Of a DNA stretch of 64,000 bases, positions 40,876 to 54,895 are shown piece by piece (position 1 is the stretch's first letter; the number at the start of each line of letters is the position of its first letter). Source of the DNA: Eledone cirrhosa (Eukaryota). The notes beneath the pieces were generated by a model. That model did not search any database. It saw only the letters and a program-made list of their open reading frames with translations, and was not told where the DNA came from. The translations under genes were made by a program, and so were the position numbers. The stretch lies in NCBI GenBank assembly GCA_964016885.1, contig OZ024743.1, positions 203,112,001 to 203,176,000 on the forward strand. Reading direction: 5' to 3'.

Positions 40876-43800
40876 AATGGCGACCGTTGTGGTCAGTGTC
40901 CGATAATCGGACGTGTGTAATTACGGCTTACATGAAGGCAACATACCATATATTGGAAAAAGTTGAGCTACATTACGCGGTAAGATTACATACAATAATT
41001 CTACATAAGTGTTTGAACTGTAAGTGTGTTGTAAAACACCTATTTATATGAACGATAGATACACTTATGATATATGAACGATACATACACTTTAACATAT
41101 AAATGCAACGTTGTTATATTACATTTATAAAGAAATATACAAGTAACGTTTTCGATTCAGAAACAAAAATATAAGTGTTTGAACTGTGAATATGTTGTGA
41201 ATAGGTTGTAGAACACCTATTTATATGAATGATACATAAATTTTAACATATAAATACCGCGTTGTTACATTATATTACATTCATAAAGGAATATACTAAG
41301 TAACGGTTCTTTTTGTTCTCGATTCAAACGATTCAAGAACAACGTTTAAAACACAGTTTTAGAATTAAAAACTAACTGAAAAGAAATATTACCCAAGCTG
41401 TGAATAACTTTAAATTTGATTCTGACAGAACTTTGTCGTAACTTTTAAAGAAGATCATCGACTATTTTGAAAAATAAATACGAAATATTAGTGAATAGAC
41501 GAACTCATCATAGCAAAAAGTACAAGTCTCTTTCGACCAAATCGCAACTACAACCGTTGTACACAGTGGAGCTACGAGCTTAACAAAGTATTATATGAAG
41601 CATACAAACAATCTGAACCCCAAAAGTTCGGTTTTATGCAAAGGCTAAAAACTTTATGGAACTCCAAACACACAGAATTAGACTTTTCTCCAAAGCATTT
41701 AAATGAACAGGCAAAACGTATCATTAGATGTAAATTGATACATCTAACGGAATTGAGTGATACTACAAATACAGCCCTTGTAGACAACCACCCCACCTCC
41801 ACTGACAGACAAAGAGAATGGCCAGCTAAATCTAACAGTGAACAGCTCACCAACAATTTTGCTGAAATCCATCCCACTTCCACTGAAGAACAGCGAGAAA
41901 GGTCAGCTGACTCTAGTAGTAATTGTCACCACATCAACAACGAGGCTGAAATTCATGACTCTACTGAACAAACAGAGCACCGAAAACTTGTGGGCACCCT
42001 ACAAGTGATATGGAACGATATGTTTCAAGAGATACACAGCCTTAATGTGAGTGACAGACCATACAACACTAGAGTCAGTAAAGAACCCACTAAATTGGAA
42101 TTGGGAGCGGTGAACGAAATAGCTGGCAATTATCTGATCTAAATGTGTAGAAACGACATTTGAAACGCTTAATGTTTTGTTATATGTTTCAGCTGTCACA
42201 TTGCTATCATATAACACACATCTAAAACGACGCAATCAAGATACAAACAGAAAGCCTGAACCAGCGTGGATGCGAAATTTAAAAACCAAAATTTTGTCAT
42301 TGAGACGAAGTATCTCACACATCGCAGTCGTTATGAAATGCAACATAGAGAGCAACTTCACACGACACCAGGAAGACCTAAAGAAAAAGTTAGAGAGACG
42401 ATTTGGAGATACAAAATTTAAAACTTTGAACTCCAAATTACACCAGTTGAAACAACAACTCATAACTACAACAGAAAGACTAAAATATAAGTCAACATCA
42501 CATAAACGACAAGTGCTAAATAGATTGTTTGCCAGAGATCCTAAATCAGTTTATCGCAGCTTCGGTGGCAAAAGCTCAATCCCTGTAAACGACACCCCTT
42601 CAAAAGAACAGGTTGAGAGCTACTGGAGATCTGTATGGGAAACGGATGACGGATTCAACAGACAAGCTAATTGGCTAAAAGAACTGGAACAGGACTACTG
42701 CCAACATGTCCAGACAAAACAATATGACATAGATCGGTCAATACTGGAAACAGCACTACAGAAAATGTCGAATAGGAAATCACCAGGCCCAGACCTCATT
42801 ACAGGATACTGGTTGAAGAATTTCACTTTCTATCGGCAAGATCTCATACGGCTGTTTACAGAAACCATTAAGGGCACACAAGAACTGCCCAGATGGTTAT
42901 CAACTGCCACTACTCTCCTCATTCCCAAAAATAGCCAAACCACCCTTGCTAAAAATTACCGCCCAATTGCCTGCCAAAACATCATGTATAAATGATATAC
43001 TGGGTGCCTTAACCTGTTCTTACAGGATCACTGTGCTACCAACAACATCATAACACCTGAGCAAGCTGGTGGAAAGAGGGAGGTGTGGGGTTGCATAGAT
43101 CACCTACTAACTAACAAAATGATTCAGGAACAAACAACAAAGAATCGCATAAACATGACTGTCGTGTGGCTGCACTAGCAAAAAGCATTTGATAGTGTAC
43201 CTCATGGGTGGATTATTAAGGCTTTACAGTTAGCTAAAGTCCCACAACCATTGGTAGCTGCTGTTGAACGCCTGACCAAGAACTGGTACACCAATTTGAT
43301 CCTTAGAGGTGAGAAGGAGCAGGTTAAGACTGATAAGATACATTACCAGAAGGGCATCTTTCAGGGTGATAGCTTGTCAGGGCTACTCTTCGTTCTCTCA
43401 CTGAATCCACTATCTTACCTACTGAGGAAACAAGGTGGACAAAGAAGTGGGCCCAGAAGTATCTCCCATCTTTTCTTTGTTGATGACCTGAAGTTGTAGG
43501 GGCCAAATATCAATGACATCAAGAAACAATTGGACCTCATTACACAATTTTCAACCGACATCAAAATGAAATTTGGTGAGTCCAAGTGTGCATATTTGGC
43601 AGTAAAACGTGGAAGAGCTGTGCCCTCCTCTAGAAATCTAGAGATGAACGGCCTGACAATACAACCTCTGCAGTCAGGTGACAACTACAGATATCTTGGA
43701 CAGGATGAGAATGTCAGATATGATGGACCCATAAATAAGGAGAGAACCAGAACTGAATACCTCAGAAGAGTAAAGAAAATATGGTCATCAGAACTGTCAG

Positions 43801-45070
43801 CATACAACAAATACATTGCCCACAATACTTATGCTGTGCCAATTCTAACGCCAACATTTGGCCTACTGAACTGGTCATTGCAAGAACTAAGTGAGATGGA
43901 TGTTAGAACTCGAAAACTTCTCACATCAATGGTGATGTGGATATGCTATACTTCTCACGCAAGGAAGGTGGCCGGGGTCTAAAATCAATATTAACTACAT
44001 ATGAGACCCGGATAGTAACACTGAAGCAACACCTTCAACAGAGGAAAAAGGTTGGCAACCATCTTGCCCAGGTTTATGAGCATGAAAAAAGAAATATCAT
44101 TAGAATAGCGACTGATCTGGAGGAGAGATATGGAATAAAGCCTGATATAAATCTCTCACCCAGAGAAATCGGATGATCCTATTCAATGTTCAAACAAGAT
44201 AAGAAAATTGACCAATTTACAGAAAAAGTTGTGCATGGATACATGAGGCGTAAAACACAGACCATAGAGGGGATAAACCACTCAAAAAGCCTGGCATGGA
44301 GTTCCGACAAGTTTATGACATCACACCTTGGGGGATATCTCTATGCAATACAAGAACAAGAACTCCCTACCAAATATCTGCTGCACAAAAGAGGAGGGCC
44401 AGAAGCTGACAATAAATGTAGGCTATGTAAAACAAAGATCGAGGATGTAAGCCACATTGTTGCCAGCTGCGAAAGAATGTCATCTCGCTACTACCTCCCC
44501 ATGAGACACGATGGGATAGCTAGAACCATCTGGAACGCACTTCGGAAAACAAAATTAACAACAAACGAGGAAGAATATATTGAGACAGATGGCACTAAGG
44601 AATACTGGTGGAACCTGAAAATAAAAACTGCCACCAAATTAAAGCACAACGGCCTGATATTGTAGTTTGGGACCACATATTGAAAACGTGTTCTGTTGTG
44701 GAGATCAGCTGCCCACTTGATGTAAACGTTGTCAGAAAAAATACAGGAGAAGGAGGACATCTACGGACCATTGATGAGGAGTTTACAAATCCAGTATCCA
44801 AGATACACCTTTAGCTTCATACCCATCATTATTGGAGCTACGGGTTATATACCAACCCGCTTGGACCAAAGTATGACTGAACTTGGATTTGCGGACAAAA
44901 AGCGCAGCTCCCTAATTCATAGTCTGCAAATGGCTGCGATAGCTGGCACCTTCAAAATTTGCAAAACATTCTTGCGATTCAAGGGATGACAATTTCTTTT
45001 CATTTACAACCTTGCCACCAGGAAGGTGGCCGGTCAAAAAAATATACTCGAAATTAAGAGAAAGAGAAAA
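40876..45070 (+). mobile_element. R4/Dong-type non-LTR retrotransposon (RT, CCHC, restriction-like endonuclease), near full length, disrupted
   Basis: KSPGPDLITGYWLK, NYRPIACQNIMYK, EQAGGK, KAFDSVPH, GIFQGDSLS, SHLFFVDDLKL, FGESKCA, YRYLG, CRLC...EDVSHIVASC, RHDGIA, RPDIVVWD..VEISCP, EKEDIYGPL; (CATA)n on both sides. Confidence 0.9.
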
Positions 45071-45099
45071 CATACATACATATACACATACATACAAAA

Positions 45100-45882
45100 T
45101 GCAACATAGAAAGCCTGGCATGGAGTTTCCACAAGTTTATGACATCCCACCTTGAAGGATAACTCTATGTAATACAGGAACAAGAAATCCCTACCAAATA
45201 TCTGCTACACAAAAGAGGAGAGCCATCAGTCAACAATAAATGTGGCTTTGTAAAACAAAGATCGAAGATGTTAGCCACATTATTGCCAACTGCAACTCGC
45301 TACTACCTCCCTATGAAAAACGCTGTGATAGCTAGAACCATTTGGAGCGCACTTAGGAAAACAAAATTAAAAACAAATGATGAGGAATATGTTGAGATAG
45401 ATGGCACTAAAGATTACTGGTGGAACCTGAAAATAAAAACTGCCACCAAATTAAAACACAACCAGCCTGATATTGTTGTTTGGGACCACACATTGAAAAC
45501 CTGCTCTGTTGTAGAGATCAGCTGCCAACTTGATGTCAACGTTGTACGAAAAATACAAGAGAAGAAGGATATCAACGGTCAATGATGAGGAGTTTGCAGA
45601 TCCAGTATCCAAGATACATTTTGCAGCTTCATAACAATCATTATTGAAGCTACAGGTTATATACCAACCTGCTTGGACCAAAATATAACTGAACTTGGAT
45701 TTGTGGACAAAGAGCGCAGCTCACTAATTCCTGGTTCATAGACTACAAATGGCTGCGATAGCTGGCACCTTCAAAATTTGTAAAACATCCTTGCGATTCA
45801 AGGGATGACAATTTATTTTCTTTTACAACCTTGCCACCCGGAAGGTGGCCGGTCAAAAATGTACTCGAAATTAAGTGAGAGA
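45100..45882 (+). mobile_element. Second, 5'-truncated tandem copy of the R4/Dong element
   Basis: Diverged direct copy of ~44285-45070 including the REL domain and 3' UTR; followed by (TACA)n. Confidence 0.9.
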
Positions 45883-45920
45883 CATAAATACATACATACA
45901 TACATACATACATACATACA

Positions 45921-46531
45921 TGGTGGTGGCTGCCAACGCGTTTTCGTGTACGGCCACTACTTCATATCCATGTAGGAGAACCCCCACCGATGCGCTGAAC
46001 GAGTGTGACTTCTTTGTCCAGCCAGCGACTTGAAAACTCCGGTACAAACACTACACTTGTGACAATTATTGACACATAGTGCTGGGCCCTTGGTACCATG
46101 TGACGACAAGTCCAGAGAGATCTCCAGATATAAAGCAATGCCTGTGCCGTGAAGCTTTTATAGTGAGCAAAGGCACTGCACAAAGCCAGTCCCACTCTCT
46201 TAACCAAGATGATATTTACCAAAAAGAAGAACAAGTCAACATCATTGGATACCATCAGAGTTGCAGGTGTTATATCAGAGTTTTCCTTCTCCTAGAATTC
46301 TGCCTTGACAAAGGCTAAGGGGTCATCTCTCCCGGTGATTTTCGATGGCCATTGACTCTTAAGAGCTCCTTTGCCCTTTGACAGGTTTTGTTTTTATTCC
46401 TGCAGGATGTCCAAAGTCACCCTCCTCACCAAGAAACCTTGGTGGGGTTGCCAGTTTAGTCACCAACGACCCGACCATGAATCAGGTTGGACTGGGATAC
46501 ATGTTACCAGTTGCACCAACTGGTGACCTGA
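45921..46531 (-). mobile_element. Non-coding repeat resembling an RTE 5' UTR or non-autonomous RTE
   Basis: Contains ctaggagaaggaaaactctga; homologous to 600-805 (+); (TACA)n on both sides. Confidence 0.55.
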
Positions 46532-46834
46532 CATACATACATACATACATACATACATACATACATACATACATACACACGTACATTGGTTCAGGGAATC
46601 AAGCAAAGTCATCAATATTGGCTCGAATACGATGCCCGGTTGCTCTCAAATCACATTTTACAAATTATTCCAATATTAAAAGGATGTAAACACTTTCGAA
46701 ATACAACCCAGTCAATGATAATAGGTCAGGTAGGTTCTCAATTAATTGTTAGATAATCAGATAGAAGTTTGGCGATATTTGTTCCAGCTCTCTCTGTCTG
46801 TTGTAATCCCGCCGAGATCAATTTTGCCTTTTCT

Positions 46835-46855
46835 CTTTTCTCTCTCTCTCTCTCT

Positions 46856-46931
<76 letters not shown>

Positions 46932-46932
46932 A

Positions 46933-46965
<33 letters not shown>

Positions 46966-46993
46966 TCTCTCTCTATTTCTCGCTCTCTCTCTC
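46835..46993. repeat. (TC)n microsatellite
   Basis: Direct reading. Confidence 0.95.
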
Positions 46994-47039
46994 TAAATAT
47001 ATTATATATATATTTAGAAAGAGAGAGAGAGAGAGATCA

Positions 47040-47202
47040 GAATGGAGGCGTAAAAAACAGTTAGTCCATTACTCTCTAGAATACTCGAAACTAGGGGTAG
47101 TAGAGTGGGTAATATCAAAAAGACCCCGACGGCTGAGCTCAGGCCGTTTCAACACCTAGATCCAAACTCATCGGATCTAGGTGTTGAAACGGTTGGAGCT
47201 CA
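47040..47202 (-). repeat. Family F fragment with terminal fold-back
   Basis: Matches 6560-6635; palindrome at ~47134-47202. Confidence 0.8.
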
Positions 47203-47777
47203 TTTATCTATATCTATAGAATATATAGGTATTGCTTGTATCTGGAAAGGCTTGTGGCCCGCCAGGTTTAAAATGCTCAAAACAGTCATTTGTTCAGGTA
47301 GATGGATTGGATGGATGAATAGGGACAGATCAGATATTTAATATATATGAAAAAAAATTTAAAGTGAAAATAATCAAAATTTAAATAACAATCAAAACTA
47401 AAACGGGACTTAGAAAGAATAAATTTCCCTGAGGTATTTCATTTCATGTTTCTTTTTTTATCACTCAAACCATATGTATACATTACGAATACGTGATTTT
47501 CTAAATCAATTCTTTCTACATACATCATTGATATTTAGTAAACAATAAAAATAATAAATACGAAACCACCATTATGTACATCCGAAGCAATTTACTACAC
47601 GAGAAGGAAATTCTTTTGTTGTTTTTTAACAGTCCTTCAAAAAAATCATTGACAAAACATTTCCTATATTACCAAATACCTCTTACATTATTTTGTCTTA
47701 ATTTTTTTTGTTTGCTATTAATTTAACTTTGTATTTCTTTCCATCTTTCCATAAAATTTTGTGTTTTTTTTTTTTTT

Positions 47778-47808
<31 letters not shown>

Positions 47809-48018
47809 CGAACTGCAACAGAAACTAGAATTATTTCTCTCTTTAGAATTTACGTAGAATTTACTTCCGATAGAGCAAATGAGAACATCTTAAAACTCCA
47901 TTTATTCTCACCCAATTGGCCAATGAAAAATCACTCTCCTTGCCAAAAGCAGGTTCGTTAAAATTTTGGTAATTTGATGCATCTACCAATAAAACGATAT
48001 CACCTACGTACGTACTTA

Positions 48019-48072
<54 letters not shown>

Positions 48073-48077
48073 ATATA

Positions 48078-48620
48078 TATAAACGTTTGAATATGTGTAA
48101 TAAGCCAAAACAATGCAGGTATGGACATAGAAAAAAGAATGCAATAGTAAAAGATATTGTTGAGAATTCGTCCTTTACCTTGAATTTATTTAAATGTCCT
48201 TAATTTTCGAGATAATATCTCTTCTTCGGAGGGAAATAAAGGTCTCAAACCACCGCCTTAAATCTCAAAAAAAAACCCTAAACAAACCCCTCTTAAAGGG
48301 AGACTACTCTTTATCCACCTAATGTTAATTCTTTGATATTAGAGTTAGAACAGATACTCTATACTATTTCCGGTCAGCATGGCTTGGCTAGAGATTTAAG
48401 GCGCTGGTTTGAGACCTTTATTTCCCTCCGAAGAAGAGATATTATCTCGAAAATTAAGGACATTTAAATAAATTCAAGGTAAAGGACGAATTCTCAACAA
48501 TATCTTTTACTATTGCATTCTTTTTTCTATGTCCATACCTGCATTGTTTTGGCTTTATTACACATATTCAAACGTTTATACCTCATTACACAATGCTTCA
48601 AGTGAACTATAACCTCCTCC
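48078..48620. repeat. Fold-back element with ~190-bp near-identical arms
   Basis: 48078-48266 versus 48391-48580, inverted; lies in (TA)n. Confidence 0.92.
48425..48459 (+). ncRNA. Ultra-minimal hammerhead-like motif, U4C (identical inverted copy at ~48198-48232)
   Basis: cct-CCGAAGA-agagat-att-atctc-GAAA-at-TA-agg. Confidence 0.55.
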
Positions 48621-48644
48621 CATATATATATATATATATATATA

Positions 48645-48850
48645 TAACAAAGGAATTATGTTAAGGAACCAAATTGGACCATAACGCACCAGAGTACTCA
48701 ATACTTAGGGTAGTAGAGTGGGAAATAGGAAAAAGTATGACCCCGACGGCAGAGCTCAAGCTCAAGCCGTTTCGACGGCTATTTCTGGACACGTCCAGAA
48801 ATAGCCGTCGAAACGGCTTGAGCTCTGCCGTGGGGGTCATACTTTTTCCC
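48645..48850 (-). repeat. Family F fragment with terminal fold-back
   Basis: Matches 6515-6650; palindrome centred at ~48791. Confidence 0.85.
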
Positions 48851-48912
48851 TATATATATATATATATATGAGAGACGTAAAAGAAGAAAATTATAAAATT
48901 AACTTACTTACT

Positions 48913-49016
<104 letters not shown>

Positions 49017-49271
49017 GGGGCGGGGGTAGTTAGTTACACAACAAATTAGCAAACCATACTCGAGGACACGAGTGTCACCTAGCGGATTGTCAACCCGAGT
49101 GAGATTGTGCTGAGACCCTCCTTGAGTATGGTTTGCTAATTTGTCCTCTGGACTGAGTGATCTACTTACTACAGATATAACCTCCCGATTTTTCACCTCT
49201 CTCTCTCTATATATATATATATGTGTGTGTGCGTGCGCGCGTGTGTGTGTATGTGTGTGTGTGTGTGTGTG

Positions 49272-49319
<48 letters not shown>

Positions 49320-49454
49320 TGTGTGTGTGTGTGTCATCACACCTGGAGATGTGCTCAATTTCGAAACCTCTCAACGTTTACTTCACTTCCATTCGATGAT
49401 ACAGTTTCCAACAAGGAAACCAAATACTGTCCTGTATTATATATATATATATAT

Positions 49455-49550
49455 GTTAACTTTGCCTTTCATCCTTACGGGATCGATAAAATAAAGTAGC
49501 AGTAACGCACTGGGGTAATTGCTGGCCTTGTGCCAAAACTATAAATAATT
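49455..49550 (+). mobile_element. 3' half of the same SINE
   Basis: gttaactttgcctttcatccttacggg...ggccttgtgccaaaa. Confidence 0.8.
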
Positions 49551-49848
49551 ATATTATATAGATAGATAATTAAATCGTATACATTTGTGTATGTAAAGTT
49601 TGTATATCGAGTAATACACCATATGTTTACCAATAAACATTGCCATGCCTTTAGTTTTTGAAGTTTGAAGTTCCTGGCTAGTGCCACCTACCGATTTCCA
49701 GCAGAAACAAGGGGAAGTTGCTCACAGCTGTTTCTGGTTTAGATGTCGTTGTCAACGTAAACATATTGAATATTATTCGATATACAAACAGTATATGTAT
49801 ATATATACAGAATTCACAAGAATCAAAGCTATGTTCAAAGCATTTATT

Positions 49849-49895
49849 CACTTACAATTGTTTCATCCAAACCTAGACTTGGAATCTTCGGAGCA
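49849..49895 (-). ncRNA. Minimal hammerhead-like motif, U4C
   Basis: tgct-CCGAAGA-ttccaa..ttggat-GAAA-caattg-TA-agtg. Confidence 0.6.
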
Positions 49896-49948
49896 TTTTT
49901 TAATGTTTGTACATATAATTGACCTCCTATCCAACGCAAGAGACATAC

Positions 49949-50012
<64 letters not shown>

Positions 50013-53000
50013 ATGTACAGTGGAGCGACATATATTATACTATACTATATTTGTACAGCAATTCAAATACAAAATCAAATCAAAATTAAAATTAAAATTA
50101 AAATTAAAATACATTCGGCAGATAACACAGATAATGCAAGAGGATAGTTTGATAGTCAGATCTAGTGTATGCGTTAGTTACACATGGAGCATGCAAGTGT
50201 GTCTCATTTATATACGATTATTGTGTGGCAAGGTGTTACATGTAATGCAAGCACTTTAAGCGGGTAAGTAAGAGTATTATGGTGGTTGTAGTGGTAGGGT
50301 ATTTTTTGTATAGATCAAAAAAGTATGTGTGCAGAAAAAGAAAAGGAAAAAAAAAATTATAGTTTTCGCATCCAACCCATTTTCACATTCAGAAGAAGGA
50401 AGATATAGTTTTTACATCCATCACATAAGTTACGATGATTCCGTATTAAATGTTTGATTCATTAAATTATTGTAGGGTATTGAGGCTCAGTGTTATTTAA
50501 TCCATATTTATAGAATAGGTTCTTTCTGCTGCGAGAATTTACAGTGGTTTATTACCCGGAAGTAGGTGTGTAATTAAGGGGAGTTAATGCGTAAGGGGAG
50601 GTAACTAGCTGATTCTCATAACTAAATTCATTGTTCTAACATACATTATATACTGCCTCAATTGAGTCCCTTATATAAAAGGTTATATATTTATATCTAA
50701 TTTTAAATTTTAAATACAATCTACTCTATCATAATGTATTAAAGTTATCTATAGGAAGATTACTCTTTATTATATAGTGCTATAATTGAATTTTCCATAC
50801 AAAGTGCAATATCTTTATATCAAAGTTCACTGTAAATACCGTCTACTCTCAAAACATATCAGAGTACCTATGAGAATGTTGTCTACATAACCCCTGGTAA
50901 GTTATGGAGTAGCGTATGGCTGTTTGCATGACAAAACCAAATACATCTCTTGGGCAGACAAATACATCCCTCATTTACAATGTCATTAATCTATCCATCA
51001 AGTTATACATGCATATATAATTCATTGCACCACCCTACATATAAGTTAGACAGATCTCTTATGTTAATAAATTAATCCTATATATATCTAATGTTATTAC
51101 TCTATACATTTAATTACAATTGCATATATAATTCACTGCCGTGTCTAGTATTTAAAGTTTATATAGACTGTATTATATTCCTATCACTATATAATTATAA
51201 GTAATTGAAAGTAATTATATTAAAAGTTGGTGTTTATGGGGATATTTCTAGGGTATAAAGTTATAGATAGATAGAATGATTTGTGTCGAGGGAAGGGTGG
51301 ATCAGAGAGTGTGGTGTAGTGGTGTAAGGCTTGACCTTGAGGTGTGGTGTTAGAAGCAGTGATGGGTTCAAGTCTGACATTGTTATATATTGGGTTTAAA
51401 GTTTTGGAAGGAGTGCCGGAAGCGGTGCTGGCACGACGCAAACACAACCGATTTTTTATTAAGGAGGTTAAGGTTCGAGAAGATTATAGTATGGGTCTCT
51501 AGTAGGCAGAGGTTACATAATTTATTAGGTGGTCTGTACGATGCCGCCTTACCTATCACTTCCCATTGAAGTGTATATGATCTATTTCTAGTTTTCAGAT
51601 AGTGTATGTAGCTAGATAGTGGAGTGGAGTTGTCTAGACTGTGTTTTTTGAAAGAATATATATATATATGATAGGGTGATCTATGTATATGCGAAGCTAG
51701 AGGTAAAATAAGTTTCCATCTGTTTTGTTTATATTCCCGTAATTAAAGGTTTTTTTCTCATTTAATTTTAATGTATTATATTGCTTCTCTCAGAGATTTC
51801 TTTCATCGGGATGTTTGGGTATTAATGACTAATTAACCTTTAATTATTATGTGTATATACATATATTGTTATAACTGAACTGAGGAAGACCATGTTTTGA
51901 CAAGAGACAATCATGAATCGAATTTCATTTCGTTTTCACTCGTAGCTATTGCAGCCATTAATTGGTTCAGGAACTGGATGATTATTTAATTCTCAAACGT
52001 GTTTTGTCACACTTACTGAGACCTTTACAATGATTATTTTGGCTCTCATTGTCTTCTCTTTGTTTTGATTTCGTACTATTTACTCCATTAAGTCTCACTG
52101 TGGAATTCTGTTAACTCCATATTATTTATGTAGAAATGATCAAAAAGTCTCTTCTCTCATGATTTAGACATGAGTGACTAGATTCAGAATCCGATACACA
52201 TAATGTACCGTGTGTACTACTACCATTGTTTACATTTGACTTTGCAACAATATTTCAATTTATTGCAAGATTATTTTATAATCCCCAATGTTTTTGAATA
52301 TAGTATCGCATCAAACGTTATTCTATATTTAAAGGAATGGATGAGCTTAGTCTGTAGTGGTACAATATGTTCAAGGTTCATCCGATATAAGTTCTTACTT
52401 TGCAGACAAAGGATTTACCATATACATTAAAATATCCATTAAACATAGACAGGCTGACAATAAACAACGTCAGCTTTTGAGAAATATATTATAATTCAAT
52501 ATATTATTGATATTGCTAAATCTTCAGCTGGGAGGAAATATTGACGAAGAATCTGTTTTCATTGGATTTATACTTGATGATGATGAAAGAGACGATGAGT
52601 GTTCCAACTGTACGATCAAGGAAACAGCATGCCTATGAAATTATTTTGTATGTAGCTGAGCATTCCACGTGTATGTGTACCCTGAATGTAATTCCTTGTG
52701 TTATTCAGCGTAACACAATGTGCAATAATGTTTGCCTTTGAATTACAGGTAAAGTCAATCGGATGGACTTCCAAAGAGTTTTCCTCTACCCAATATACCT
52801 CAAAAGGCATCGGTCGACCCACGTCTAAGATAAATACCTGCTCAAGATGCCACTTAGAGGGATTCAACCCGGGACTTAATGATAGCAAAGCGAACTCCCA
52901 AACAATTTGACTATGCAGCGTTGACAATTCATTCTTTAAGGTGACCGGGTGTAAGTGGTGACAGATACGCTGATTATTTCTAGGAGGTCCCATGATAACA

Positions 53001-54330
53001 TCGCAGCTTAACCATTGACTTGGCTCTGAGAATATACTGGTAACATTGTACATAGCATTATAATCATTTGCATCTCGACATTCCATTGGTCAGTTAATCG
53101 GTTGTGACTTCGGAAGAATATACTACAATTTTTAGTTGTTACCCGCAGTTAAACAGCATATAACATTGTGTTTCATGGAACAGAATATCTTGCAGATGTT
53201 TGATATATCGTTTTAGCCCAAGGTCAACCCTATGTGAATAGAATTTTGATTCCAGTCATTTCATTTATGACACTTTAATGTTTAGTAATCTACACGGGTT
53301 GATATCAGTGAAATCATTCTCAAATTACAACCTACAACAAGGAAGGACCGATGAGATCTGTAGTTTGGAATACACTTTTGCCTAAAAAAGGCTGAATGAC
53401 CATGGCTAGATTGCATTACTTCATATAGCTCTTAGATTGGGGCTGATGTAGATTTCAACAACTACAATAACAGCAATCTATCCTACAATACATAATAATA
53501 AAAATGCTTAGACAGACAAGATAAATAATTTACTTATTCGTCAATAACTCACGCATTTCTAGGTCAGTGAGTCAAGTCTTATGGAATCTTCCATAATAAA
53601 GATTTTTTTTTGGAGGGCGAGACGGGGTTTTTACATCTAAAAGGCGTTGAGCATGAATGTGGAACATTGCTCTTTACTAAATCCAGAAACAATGCCAGCT
53701 TCAATAAGCTGAGGCAAAACTTGGAATCATCAGACGAAGAAACTATTATTCAGTGAAGCATTTTTTCAGAACTCCACAAGGATTAATCTTCAAAAGAAAA
53801 TGAAATTAAATACATAATAAGATTACATCAACTTCAGTCAACTAAAGTTGGCAACAAAACAAGAACCACAAAGATAAACCCATTGGAAAACCTAAAAATA
53901 ATATACAAAAGAATTTACGCGTGAAAGAGAAAAAAGAATATGTATGCCCTGGCAAACACGCTCTCGTATATGTGCATATGTATGTATATATATATATGTA
54001 GATAGTAGATATGTATATGTATATATATATGTGTGTGTGTGTATGTGTCTGTGTGTCTGTGTGTCTGTGTCAATTCGTACATATGTATGCGTTTGGAGGT
54101 ACGTATATAAATATAGATGTTGTAGCTATTTGAATAATATCCAAATATGAAAATCTTGAATGGTATATTGAATGGAATCTGGTATCTGTTATATATATAT
54201 ATATATAACAATAATAATAATAAACGAAGTGAAAGCTTAACGAATCGTCCTTGTATTATTATATTTACACTCTGTTTAGCTGCATACCTCGTTACAGACG
54301 TGAATCTAAACTTCACCTTACACTCCCAGG

Positions 54331-54371
<41 letters not shown>

Positions 54372-54375
<4 letters not shown>

Positions 54376-54854
54376 TCGTTTCTGAATTTGTTTAGCAAGA
54401 TTCTTTAACTGAAAACGTGTGTTGAAACCGATATTGTTATGCTTTGGGAGGGTCATGTTGCCAATTTATTATAAATTAAATTTATAAATTTAAGAATTTA
54501 TAAATTTCCAGTTGGTTGGTTGGTTCCACAACCGGACGGCTGTTCATATATTGTCAAAGTTCTTTCGTCATACATTCTGTGACCTCTTCAGTGACTGGGA
54601 TTCTTTTCTTTGTTTTTGTGCCTCTCCTTTGTTCTGTACTACGCCATCTTGTTTTTGTGTGTTTTTGTGTGAAGAGGTCACAGAATGTGTGACGAAAGAA
54701 CTTTGACAATATATGAACAACCGTCCGGTTGTGGAACCAACCAACCAACCGGAAATTTATAAATTCTTAAATTTATGAATTTAATTTATAATAAATTGGA
54801 GTGAAAGCACTGGTGCGTGTGTTTTTTATTGGCAACATGACCCTCCCAAAGCAT

Positions 54855-54860
<6 letters not shown>
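54372..54860. repeat. Family K fold-back element
   Basis: ~54432-54590 is inverted at ~54670-54860; second copy at 59475-59880. Confidence 0.9.
54553..54595 (-). ncRNA. Minimal type I hammerhead (family K)
   Basis: gtca-CTGAAGA-ggtcac..atgac-GAAA-gaac-TT-tgac; the 59641-59665 copy reads GAAAggacTAtgact. Confidence 0.75.

Positions 54861-54895
<35 letters not shown>

Noticed and set aside
47165-47175. CCGATGA on the minus strand upstream of a family F GAAA half
   Set aside because: It lies at the fold-back junction, and stems I and II do not pair.
51310-51378. tRNA-like A box and B box (tggtgtagtgg...ggttcaagtc)
   Set aside because: No cloverleaf or acceptor stem; at most a decayed SINE head.
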